From positions 6,200,001 to 6,264,000 of the forward strand of contig JBHGNT010000022.1 in NCBI GenBank assembly GCA_043228905.1: a stretch of 64,000 nt of DNA, written 5' to 3'. Shown piece after piece: positions 43,993 to 54,780 of this stretch (position 1 is the stretch's first letter; each line of letters starts with the position of its first letter). The notes under the pieces are model-generated. The model had not been told where the DNA came from, searched no databases, and saw only the letters and a list, made by a program, of their open reading frames with translations. Source of the stretch: Azolla caroliniana. Lineage: Eukaryota > Plantae > Polypodiophyta. The translations under genes and the position numbers were made by a program.

Positions 43993-46900
43993 CTAAAGTC
44001 TAACCATTGGCTTGAGTAAGCACTTTGGTGTTGAGTAGAACCACTCCACCTTACCAAAATACCGTCTATAAAATATACCTATGTCCCAAATGGCATGAAA
44101 CTCCACCCGCCTAAGCTCCGCTTGATGCGTATTACCTTTTATACCATCCAAAATCCCTCTAAGATTATGTACAATCTCTATCCAAATTCCGGAGATTATT
44201 TGAGCAGGTCTTTCAGTCATATTTTGAAATACCTTCAAACATCGAGCCTTCCAAATATACCAAATTGTAATACTGCTTACCAATTGCCATATTTGAGGTT
44301 TATCAGTTTGTATTTGTGGATTCGGAGGGATCAAAAAATTTTCCATCATACCATGCCTCACCATAATAGCATCCGCAACCTCCTCATGTTCATATTCCAT
44401 CGGTTTATCATGTACCGCTGCCCATAATACTGCACCCCATGTGTACACTGCTCTAGGATATATTGGAATTAAAAATTTTATAATTTGTTTCCATATATCC
44501 ATAGCAAAACCACAACTCCACAAACAATGTTTAGCAGTCTCTATTACATCTGTACAAAAAGGACACATCTTGTCTACATTTCCTTTTCGCCACCCATTAA
44601 CTGGTATAGCATTATGAACCAACAACCATCGAAAACCAACAATTTTCCTACTCATCTTTATACCCCATAACCATTTCCAAAATTGTTTAAGATGTTGTGG
44701 AGAAAGTTCATTTCGTCTCCAAACAATATTTGCAGTTGGTTCTTTCCATGATCTAGCAGCTAATACTTTCCTACCAATCCTCACAGAATACTGAAAAAAC
44801 GGCACATATTTGATGTTATCTTGCATCCTCACCTTCCAATACAGTTCTCCAGGATCCCAAGTTAGTGTAGATATTGATCTCCTTTCCAAAATCCAAATCC
44901 TCCACAAACAATTCACCTTTTGAGGATCCGGGTCTAATACCCAATTTGATCCATCATTTGCAATCACCCTCACTTCTTTATGTAAACAAAAACTAAACAA
45001 ATCATGTTCCATAGATGTACAGATTAACCTACCATCATCCTGTACATCAAAAGTCATGCATTCTTGTTCCCCAATATAGGCTTTCACTCCAATTAAAACA
45101 TCCAATGGAGTAAATAAACCCATCCACTTGTGTGTAGTATATCCAATTTGCATGTGAACATTAACAAGGGCATTCTGGATCGCAGAATACATTATCTTCC
45201 CACCCCTTATATTACTAATTAATAGCATTTGCTGATCTATAGATTTAGACAAAAAAGTTATCCATGCACCTATAGACTGTGCTGGCCCACGATCTAATTC
45301 TGCCCATGCACATTTAGTACGCTTTCCCAACATTTGTCCTCTTAGGTCAGTCAACCATGAATTCCAAATCAGCGGTTGCCTACAGAATTCAGATTCTATT
45401 TTTGGCAATGTCTTAACTAAATCACGAGAAATATCTTTCCATGCTTTAAGAACACATCGAGCAAATCTATCTTCCCAATTTGTAGCAATAGCCAATTTAT
45501 TATGTTCCATAAAAGCCCATCTAGCACTAGGCGTCCAATCTCCACCCGTCTTGGGACAAAACCTTTGCAATTCATAAAACAACAATTGTTTCCAAGGTTC
45601 CGATCCTGGCAATAATCCTCGAATCACCAATTTTGCCATTAAAGCTTTCGATTGTTGTAATGGATCCACAATCCCTAATCCTCCTTGATCCAATGGCTTA
45701 ACAATTGTGGACCAAGAGACTTTTGCCCTAACATGGCTTCCATCATTACCAGACCACAAATAATTTCGAATCAATCTTTGCAATTGTCCCATACATGATC
45801 TCGAAAAACTCCAACATGACATAATATACCAGAGACTAGACAACAAAACATGATTAACGACTATCACTCTACCCGCAAATGATAGTTTAGCTTTACTCCA
45901 AAACATAAGTTTTTTCCTAATTTTCAATAACAAAGAAGCAACCTGAATTTCTGAAGAAATATTCAACCCTACTTGACATCCCAAATATCTAACTGAAGTG
46001 CCCTCGGGAACCCATCTGAAATCTGGATGAGGACTCCATTGTGGAGTTGTGGAATCGGACGACACCCAAAAACCCACTGATTTATTCCAATTAATTGCTG
46101 CACCTGCAGCTATACAAAATGTTTGCATTGCTGTGTACATTTTCTGCAGATTATTATTGTGACAATCCAGATATAAACTTGTGTCATCAGCAAATTCTAC
46201 ATCAACCACATTTGTCCCATCAATGGGCATTGCTATTCCTTTTAATCCAACATCTTCAGCAGTCAAAAACAAACTCATTGCTTCAGCAAAAAACAGAAAT
46301 AGATATGGTGCAAGTGGACAGCCTTGTCTTACACTTCGGGAAATTTGAAACTCATCACCTTTAACCCCTCCAGCCAAAACAGAACTGCATGCTGAATTAT
46401 ACAAAGAAGACACTCCTATCACCCATTTCTCCGGAAAACCCAATCTTACAAGAGTACCCTGAAGGAATTCCCAATCAACACGATCATATGCTTTTTCAAA
46501 GTCAAGTAACAAAATCACTAAATTCTCTTTTTTCTTCCTAGCCAAGGCAATGGCTTCCCAAAAAAAGAACAAATTATCCAGTATACTTCTTTCCTGAATA
46601 AAACCTGTTTGGGTGATATGAATCAAATCATGCAAAAAAGGTTGCACTCTCAAAGCCAATGTTTTTGCAAAGACTTTATATATTGTATTTAACAAAGTTA
46701 TTGGTCTCCATTTTCTAATATCATCTGATATACCTTCACCCTTAGGTATTAAATAAATCAAACCAACTGCCATACTACGAGGCATATACCCAGTGTCAAA
46801 AATTCTTTGATAAGCTTTTGTTAAATCTTCCCCAATATATTCCCAATAATTGAGGAAAAAATGTGGAGTAATTCCATCCTCCCCTGGACAAGACATAAGA

Positions 46901-48333
46901 CTTAAAGCTCTAAGTGCATTATGTATTTCCATAATGTCAAAGGGCTTAACTAATGCAACCTTCATTTCATTTGTAACTTTTGGCTTAATTTGATCCCACA
47001 CCCGTTTCCTACTTATGTGGACAGATTCTGTAGCCACATCAGCAGTCAACAATTTAGCATAATACGTAGTAGCAATTTGTACAATTTCTGACTCATCTAC
47101 TGTTAAGGAGCCATCTTCCCTCCTTAATTGTTTAATTCCTATTGTCGACCATTTCGGTGCAACTTGGGAAAAAAACATCTTGTTTACTTTGTCACCTACT
47201 TGTGTCCATTTTGAAGCGGAAGCTTGATATTGAAAGTTTAAAATGTTGTCCTCAATCTTTCTTAATTCCCATTTCGCATTATGTAAAGCATTTGCTGTCC
47301 ATTCACACAATGGATCCCTTTCTTGAAAATGTTGCAACGATGCCAAGGCACGATGCATACTATTAATTTTCTGTGTATATGTTTCCTTTTTCCCCTGTAC
47401 CCAAGAGATTAAAAAACTACTAATATGAGATATTGCCAAGGTCACATTGTCTTCCACATTTCCAATTTGCAATAAAGTTTGTCTCCATATATACATAACT
47501 TGTTCAGTAATTATAGACTTTGTAAACAATTCTGGTGGAATTCTTATTCTCCCTTGCTGCTTATGTTTTTTCCCAACCTTAAGTTGTAATACAACTGGGG
47601 CATGATCGGAGAAAGTCGTACCTGGATAAATGCCAACACTCCCTCCTATCTCCGCAAATAAATCATCAACATAAATCCTATCAATTCTTGACAGGTTTGC
47701 CCCGTTTACTCTTCTATCAGATCTAGAAAATCGTAACGAATTATGTAGTTTTCCAAATGATGGTAAATGCCAAACATCCACCAACCTTCTACTTATAGTA
47801 AATCTTTCCCATGCAGATAATTCTAGACCATGCACTGTTACTCCACCCTCACCACTCCTATCCTCAGGGTCCTCAATCATATTAAAGTCTCCTGCTATAC
47901 ACCAATGATCTACAGTTGGCAATGATCTATCCAATTCAATCCACATCTTTAATCGTTCTCTAGAAGAATTAGGAGCATATAAATTCAAAACGCCAACCTT
48001 TTTATTATGAAATTCCATGATAACATATTGTGCTCTTCCCAAGAACAAATTTCCTACCTCCAACATCTTTACTTGCCATATATCCCGAATAGCCATACAT
48101 AATCCACCTTTAAGTTGTGTTGATCCATATGCTGGAACCCACACCATTTCCCATTTTCCAGGCAATAATGAACCATAGACTTTAGTACGCCTTTCATTTA
48201 GGTGATGTTCTTGTAACATCACTATGTCCACTTGCCCAATTATACATTTATGTAGCTCTTGCCGAAATCTCCTTTTATATTGTTTACATAAAGATCCCCC
48301 AAGACCTTGAACATTCCAAGAAATAATCTTCAT
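43993..48333 (-). CDS. LINE ORF2: AP endonuclease, reverse transcriptase and C-terminal zinc-binding domain, 1446 aa
   Basis: ISWNVQGL, LQE, GDFN, SRIDR, SDH; WRPITLLN, LDFEKAYD, RQGCPLAP, FADD, YLG; CPFC...ETAKHCLWSC. Confidence 0.96.
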   Translation of the reverse strand: MKIISWNVQGLGGSLCKQYKRRFRQELHKCIIGQVDIVMLQEHHLNERRTKVYGSLLPGKWEMVWVPAYGSTQLKGGLCMAIRDIWQVKMLEVGNLFLGRAQYVIMEFHNKKVGVLNLYAPNSSRERLKMWIELDRSLPTVDHWCIAGDFNMIEDPEDRSGEGGVTVHGLELSAWERFTISRRLVDVWHLPSFGKLHNSLRFSRSDRRVNGANLSRIDRIYVDDLFAEIGGSVGIYPGTTFSDHAPVVLQLKVGKKHKQQGRIRIPPELFTKSIITEQVMYIWRQTLLQIGNVEDNVTLAISHISSFLISWVQGKKETYTQKINSMHRALASLQHFQERDPLCEWTANALHNAKWELRKIEDNILNFQYQASASKWTQVGDKVNKMFFSQVAPKWSTIGIKQLRREDGSLTVDESEIVQIATTYYAKLLTADVATESVHISRKRVWDQIKPKVTNEMKVALVKPFDIMEIHNALRALSLMSCPGEDGITPHFFLNYWEYIGEDLTKAYQRIFDTGYMPRSMAVGLIYLIPKGEGISDDIRKWRPITLLNTIYKVFAKTLALRVQPFLHDLIHITQTGFIQERSILDNLFFFWEAIALARKKKENLVILLLDFEKAYDRVDWEFLQGTLVRLGFPEKWVIGVSSLYNSACSSVLAGGVKGDEFQISRSVRQGCPLAPYLFLFFAEAMSLFLTAEDVGLKGIAMPIDGTNVVDVEFADDTSLYLDCHNNNLQKMYTAMQTFCIAAGAAINWNKSVGFWVSSDSTTPQWSPHPDFRWVPEGTSVRYLGCQVGLNISSEIQVASLLLKIRKKLMFWSKAKLSFAGRVIVVNHVLLSSLWYIMSCWSFSRSCMGQLQRLIRNYLWSGNDGSHVRAKVSWSTIVKPLDQGGLGIVDPLQQSKALMAKLVIRGLLPGSEPWKQLLFYELQRFCPKTGGDWTPSARWAFMEHNKLAIATNWEDRFARCVLKAWKDISRDLVKTLPKIESEFCRQPLIWNSWLTDLRGQMLGKRTKCAWAELDRGPAQSIGAWITFLSKSIDQQMLLISNIRGGKIMYSAIQNALVNVHMQIGYTTHKWMGLFTPLDVLIGVKAYIGEQECMTFDVQDDGRLICTSMEHDLFSFCLHKEVRVIANDGSNWVLDPDPQKVNCLWRIWILERRSISTLTWDPGELYWKVRMQDNIKYVPFFQYSVRIGRKVLAARSWKEPTANIVWRRNELSPQHLKQFWKWLWGIKMSRKIVGFRWLLVHNAIPVNGWRKGNVDKMCPFCTDVIETAKHCLWSCGFAMDIWKQIIKFLIPIYPRAVYTWGAVLWAAVHDKPMEYEHEEVADAIMVRHGMMENFLIPPNPQIQTDKPQIWQLVSSITIWYIWKARCLKVFQNMTERPAQIISGIWIEIVHNLRGILDGIKGNTHQAELRRVEFHAIWDIGIFYRRYFGKVEWFYSTPKCLLKPMVRL

Positions 48334-48335
48334 AT

Positions 48336-49600
48336 TTACACAAATTTAGATAATAATCTTCTTTCTTTCAAACATCGATTCCTATCTTCTTGAGACATGT
48401 CTTGAGACTTAATCATTCTTCTAAAAGAAATGTGATCTTTACTAAATGCATTAGTCTGCTTATGTACTCTTTGAGAGGAAAACCTACTATCACTTCCTTG
48501 AAAATGTTCAACTAATGATTTCGTGAAAGTTCTCCAATCATTAGCATCCCTCATGAAAGGATTATGATCCTTTGACAAATTCTTGGACATGGATCTTGTC
48601 CACCTCCCTTCAAAAGAAGGCAAGAACCCAATGTCAACTATCTGATTTTTATTTTGTAATTCTCCTACAATCTCTTGTCCATCCATTGTTTCTGATGCAC
48701 TGATCGGAACAATAGCATTCTCATCATATAAAACCATTTCATGACTACATCCTTCATGATGTTCTTTATTATATACTTGAATGTCAAGTTTAGGATCATC
48801 TGGCCTTGATTGTATTCCATCCACAATCTCCTTGCCAGGACGCCTATTACTAGGTACATCCATATTTCCTACATCTTCAATCATTTGTGTTTGTCCGTCT
48901 TCTACATTGGTTAACAAATTGTATATATTATCCTTAGGTTTCCATTTGATTTTATCTTGACTTGTTTTTTTTATCATGTGTCTTTTGGCAACTTGAACCC
49001 AAGTGCCGCCAACACTTGTTTGTGGCACATCATTTACAACATGTCTTGGCTCCTTTCTTGACAAGGAACATTCCTTAGCTAAATGTCCCATTCTTCTACA
49101 TACAAAACATTGATTTGGTAACCCGGCATATAAAATTTTTTGTCTCTTTCCACATCCCCCAATTTCCAAACATGGTAATTTCACATATTCCGGCAACGGT
49201 TTTCCTCTAGTACATAATAACTTAACTGTTGGTATTCCAAATATTTTCCCATCTTTATTATGTATATAAGCATCTAATACAACTCCAATTAAAGCCCCTA
49301 ACTGATGCAACAGATGATGACATTCCTTAGGCAATCCCGGAAAACTCGCAGTTATAACTAAAAAATCATGTTGGGTCTCTCTCATAGGATCAAAACCATG
49401 TTTCCATTCCTGAAATTTAACCCATGCTCCTCTTATATCAACAAATTTCATTGCAAGTAATACCTGGACAGATGCCTCGTCTTGAAACTCGACATGATAA
49501 TAGCCTCTTCCTAAAAATTGCACATCTTCAATACGTCCAATTTCAGCCTGTAATCGAGCCTGTAGCAAGTGCCTCAACTCTTGACGATTTGGCCGAAGAC
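48336..49600 (-). CDS. LINE ORF1 (5'-truncated) with zinc knuckle
   Basis: FLGRGYYHVEF and YAGLPNQCFVCRRMGHLAKEC. Its stop is 2 nt before the ORF2 ATG. Confidence 0.85.
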
Positions 49601-50114
49601 CTTATGACTTATAAGTTATACATTTATTATAAATTTTTAGTTATACTTACAAATATGATTAGTATGAACTTTGAAGATATGATTAGTTTGAAGTACTATT
49701 TTTAATGTCAAAATAAAAATATCCATAAATTTTGAGGGAATAAAAAGTGAGAAATTAATGAGTCTTTATTTTATTTTATTTATTTATTAAAAATAAAATG
49801 AATACATACTTATAACTTATAAGTTATACATTTATTATAAAAATTTAGTAGTGTCAAATCCCCAAGTCCCTCTTTTATTATCCCTTTTTATTGTCAATTT
49901 CCTTTTTTTTATCCTAGGAAATAAAAAGACTGAGTTTTTTTTTTTTTTTGAGTTAAACGAATACTTGACCACCCATTCGTATTCGTATTCGTTTGCATTC
50001 GAATGTGAAACTCGATGAATGCGAATATGTCAACCTATGCATGTATGTATGCATTCGTTTGCAAATGTAGGAAAATGAATGTTTGAGCAAATGAATGCGT
50101 ATATATTACGTACT

Positions 50115-51186
50115 ATGGTTGGGGACAAGGACGTTAATGGGAACAAGAACATCACTATAGTGTGAAGAACAACAAATTGATAGACATAAAACAAGATGAA
50201 CAAAAGAATAACTATGAGACAACTTAACAAGATTAACAACAAAGAGGCACACGAAGATGTAAATGTATTATTCAAGATCAAGAAGTTATAAACAACGACA
50301 ACATCTCCTTTTACTAGGTTACAAGTTCAATTATATAGTAATTGAACTAGGGCAATTGCCCTTTGGCCTTATTACAAAAATGTCCTAACTTAGTTTGTCC
50401 AAATGGGTGAATGTGAATACGGCCATTATATAACCGTATTCAACCCTCCCCCGTAATGGGCGTATACATCAAAGAATCTGTAGCAAATAAAAAAACAAAG
50501 TACAGATTATACAAAGAGATGTTAAACTAATCAGTTGTTTTCTTCAGTTGGCATGGGCCGAATAACCAGAACCTGATCGACTAGTCTGAAACACTAAAGT
50601 CAGACCAGCTATCCTAGATGTCTAATGTTGGATGTCGAATGCCGAATTCATCTCTATGTCATAGTCGATGAAGCCGAAGTCCCGATGTTTGAATCGATGG
50701 GATCCATTCCTCTTACGCCCATTTGGTGCCTTAGTGACCGGAACCGGTCAGTCGAAAGACACTTGGTCATCTCATCTGCAACATTGTCAACCATGGAGAT
50801 CTTCTCCAACCCGAGCTTCCCTTTGGTTATGCAATCCCAAATGAAGTGATATCGAACTTTGATATTGGATTCCTCAACAAAGTGACGACTCCCTGATTGT
50901 TGTTGTAGACAACTGGGGCCGAATTGGGATTGGCTTGTTGAAACGTACAAGCTAGTCGACCGAGCCATAAAGCTTCTTTCACCGCATCGAACCGGGCTAC
51001 ATATTCAGCCTCAGTCGTCGAGGTGGTCGTGCACTCCTGAAGTTTCGACTTCCATGATATTGTTCCATTGCTGAATCGGAATAAATATTTGGTCGTTAAC
51101 TTTCTATTGTCCACACATCCGGCAAAGTCTGAGTCGGTGTAGCCGACTATGCTTGAGACCTTGTTCGGGCCAAGGCGTTCCAATGT
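50115..51186 (-). mobile_element. Ty1/copia 3' remnant: RNase H, PPT and 3' LTR
   Basis: GYTDSDFAG, ISWKSKLQ, STTEAEYVA, VRYHFI. PPT ACGGGGGAGGG at ~50444-50456(-). The left LTR boundary is approximate. Confidence 0.8.
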
Positions 51187-52147
51187 TGTTGGCTAGGGTT
51201 GTGCATTAATCTGTTGATGACTCCTACGACATGAGCTACGTGTAAAGAGATATGTGTGGTCCAGCGTTATGTGAAACATAGAAGTACATAGTCGGTTTTT
51301 CGAAAACAAAATAATGAGGTAAACATAGAGGTAGAGTGAAAGAGATGGAATGAGCAGACAATAACATAAAACTCTATTGCAAAAGGACTCTATACATAAA
51401 ATTGTGCTCACAGAGCACTTTTTATACAAGCCCTAACAGAGGGCTGCCAAGTACTTGACTGGTGATTAATTGAGCCTCTGACACTAACTCCCAAAAATAT
51501 TTCTATTACTATGAGGATAAAGTATTGGTCTTAACAGCCTACCAGCTCTTGGCTTCTTCAACCAATCCGTCCCATGTTGAGCTTGTCTCTCAACACTCCT
51601 CCTCAAGCTCAACTTGAGGTTCGTTGTTCGTCAGCTCTTGGCTTCTTCAACCAATCCGTCCCATGTTGAGTTTGTCTCTCAACACTCATCCTCAAGCTCA
51701 ACTTGAGGTTCATTGTTCGTCAACTCTAGTCGGTTCTTCTCTCTAGCTTCTCTTGGTTGCTTACTTCTTGCTCGCGCTTCAGGACCTGTCTGGTCCTGCG
51801 CTTCTTGACCTACACGGTCGGCTTGTCTGCTACCAAGGCCCTCAATGGCCTTCTTGCCTTTACGTAATTGGCGCCCATCGACTAATCGGCTCCTCCATAT
51901 TGGCATTAGCTTCGTCTGCCCTTTTGTCCGCTTGGCCATCATATGATTTGGCTCGTCATTCCTCTTGCCTGAATTCGTTACTACAAGTCACTATGTCTTG
52001 GGTTCGAAACCCAAATTTACTCACTTCTCTATTATATACTCCATACATATCTGTTAATTCACTAGATGCCACTATAGAATGTAAGGGTTGAACCCATGAC
52101 CACTTGGTCTCCATTGAGCAACCTTACCAACTGAGCTACATCAATCT

Positions 52148-52199
<52 letters not shown>

Positions 52200-52649
52200 A
52201 TTTTTGCTTTCGCTTCTCCCCCTCAAGTTCGGCATGTCAAGATGTTGCAAGCCAAACATACTCGAAAAATGCCATAACTTGTCCAGGCCGAGAGATTAGG
52301 TGAAAGATATCGGTCACTTGTCAATCTGTTAGAACGTATACCAGTTCCACTTCACTAGAGAGTACCTGCTTGCGTACAAACCGATAGTACACCTCAATGT
52401 GCTTTGTGCGAGCATGGAAGACAGGGTTCTTGGCTAGTTGAATGTTGCTAAGGTTGTCACAGTATATCACGATCGACTCAAACACCTCCATCTACAGATC
52501 TCTCAACAGTCGTCTTAGCCACATGGCTTCGTAGGTTTCAACCGCCACTCCTCTATATTCAGCCTTGGTGCTCGACAATGCTATTGTCGGCTACTTTTTG
52601 CTACACCACGCGATTGCAACGCTCCCAAGTGAAAACACATATCCGGATG
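51187..52649 (-). mobile_element. Second Ty1/copia 3' remnant: RNase H, 3' non-coding region with tRNA-like motif, duplicated PPT/LTR junction, 3' LTR
   Basis: SGYVFSLGS and NPVFHARTKHIEVYY on -. PPT GAGGAGGAG is followed by the TGTTGAG LTR start at ~51595, repeated at ~51684. Confidence 0.82.
52075..52145 (-). other. tRNA-derived sequence (A-box and B-box); not a functional tRNA
   Basis: TAGCTCAGTTGGTA ... GGTCATGGGTTCAACCC, with 44 nt from A-box start to B-box start. No convincing anticodon or acceptor stems. Confidence 0.65.
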
Positions 52650-54060
52650 TGTTGTCCAGAGGAGAAAATGAGTTGGAGGTGTGAATTGGAGTCCCAGATA
52701 TCAGGTCCTGGATATTAGATTATTAGGAATATGTTATTATATTATGATGGATCCGGACGGATGTACGGATCTAGAGCCACACCGTTTTGTACCTTGTTGG
52801 TCTATTCATGCACCATTTTGTATCAAAACCGGATGCCTATATAAAGGATCTAGATTGTATGAATTGGATAGCAACTAATATATTATATTGTGTTTCATCT
52901 TGCGTACTTGCCTTCTATACTTTAAGTTATAATCTTACGCGTGTTAATCTATAATCGGATACGGTGTATGTATGTCGGATACATAACCGGATAATCTATA
53001 ATTGTTTGTATACCCATCCTTCCAACCACACCTTTGGAGAGTATTTCGGAAGGGAATACCTTGTGTTTGCAGCTAAGGTCTAGCCCAGGGGGCCAGGATA
53101 AACATAATTTTGGCGACCGCGATTTCTGCACGGAGTAGTGACCACTAGAGGATGGATTTCGTCTAGATAGACGAACGACCCAGTCGTCGAACGAGCAAGG
53201 AGATTAGCCAAAAGACTGTGGATATGGGAAGCGTACCAGCAGGCAGCTGAAGGAGATTTGACAGGATCGGTCTTTCCCAAGAGCGCTTCAGAGGGTCGTG
53301 GGAGAAACAATCCGGATATAGCATCAACGTCACTTAGTTAAGGAAAGAAGCCTCACAAACCTTTTCGGTGCTGAAACCCTATTGCAACCCCTAGTAGCTA
53401 AGGCAAGTGATTCAGGCGCCTTTTTGGCTTTTGAATCATAGTCGACAACGATACAAATGAGGACTGGAGCGTCAAATCCAACTACCGATCTAGTCACGAC
53501 ACTTTGGAGGAATCGGAGACCAAGACACTGACAGAAGAAGTTATCCTAGTGCAAACACCGCCGACGACGATAGAACATGCCGACGAGGAAGAGAAAATGT
53601 CGTAGCCTATCCTATGTACAATGATGAGTCGTACGCTAAGGCACACGTTCATGCATTCTTGATGACTTGGTAGGAAAATCATGTCTCCCAGTGACTTTCG
53701 AAGCCAGACGTAGAAAAATCGGAGATTGCTGAGTTTGGGTTATCGCTGGACGGATAGGCTGCAGGGTGGTTATCCAAACACAACCCAGGGGATTTCGCTA
53801 CATTCCAAGACCTACGGGACAAGTTCGTGCGGTTGTTCCATCGACATATCATTGTTACTGGTTTAGGGTAACACAATGCCGAATCCTCAGTCCTTTGGGG
53901 TTCAGCTCAAGGGGATCGTGGTCAGGGAAGGATGCTCAAGTCATACCCGTAAGTCGGATGACTGTATACTAGAATCGTAATAGTTATCTCAATCGTGGAG
54001 ACTGTGGAGATTACGATGACGGCTACAACCGACACGCTCCGTACTTACACATACAGAGTA
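52650..54060 (+). mobile_element. 5' LTR (52650-53104), PBS and gag remnant of a non-chromovirus Ty3/gypsy
   Basis: TGTTG start interrupts the copia RNase H. TATA at ~52838, LTR end AAACA, PBS-like TGGCGACCGC at 53110, gag-like W...NPGDFATFQDLRDKFVRLF at ~53765-53850. Confidence 0.6.
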
Positions 54061-54780
54061 CATGACTCAACACCGACACACTCAACACAGATCAAAGAAA
54101 TAAGAAGTCATGCAAAACAGATCTATATTCCCAAATTCTGTATACAAGATTACAATTAAGATTATTACCAGTTTTCCATGTCATTTATTTAGGGTCATGG
54201 GCGGTTACACTCGACGCATGAATCGTTACCACCCTTCTTCTTCATTCTCCATAACCGTCCCCTTTGTCTTTTCTCTTTTTCGACCTTTCTCACTTGGCCG
54301 TCCGAAGTGGGGCAATGCCTGCATAGTCGAACCCACAAGGAATTTCATACATCGTTGAGAATGTCTAGGATGCTCAGCTCCAGACGGCCCATGTCAGTGG
54401 GGACCACTGTGGGTGTTTTGGGGGGTGTCATGGTTTGCGTCGTCGGCTTTAGTGTGGTAGGTTTGGGGGGGCCATTTGGCTCTGTCGGCTCTGGTTCGGT
54501 TATCTCTCTAATTGTGGTTCAACTGATGTCATCTACTCAGGTTGTGGGCCTTCTTCTTTGTGGCTGGTGAGGGGATGGTTGTCAAGGGACTCCTCGTGCA
54601 ACGTTATTTAGTTATGGAATCGTTGGGTGTTTCTTCCATTGTGGTTTCAATGGGTTCCAGATGCGTCTTCGGCGTCGTGGTGGTTGTTGTAGAGATACGA
54701 ACGGATATGCGGAAGCGAGTATGACGACCTGTGGATTATGTTCAGCAAACAACAAGGATAGAATGAAGGCAAGAAGATGA

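Larger units (their letters stand above)
43899..49600 (-). mobile_element. L1-clade LINE, 5'-truncated in ORF1, intact ORF2, poly(A) tail
   Basis: Poly(A)15 at 43899-43913, ~80-nt 3' UTR, ORF2, and ORF1 cut off at ~49600. Confidence 0.95.

Noticed and set aside
52075-52145. Functional tRNA gene (also 7270-7345 and 21095-21156)
   Set aside because: A/B boxes are present but acceptor, anticodon and T stems do not pair; kept only as tRNA-like motifs.
54100-54780. Short ORFs between the gypsy remnant and the copia LTR
   Set aside because: No recognisable motif; probably another retroelement fragment.
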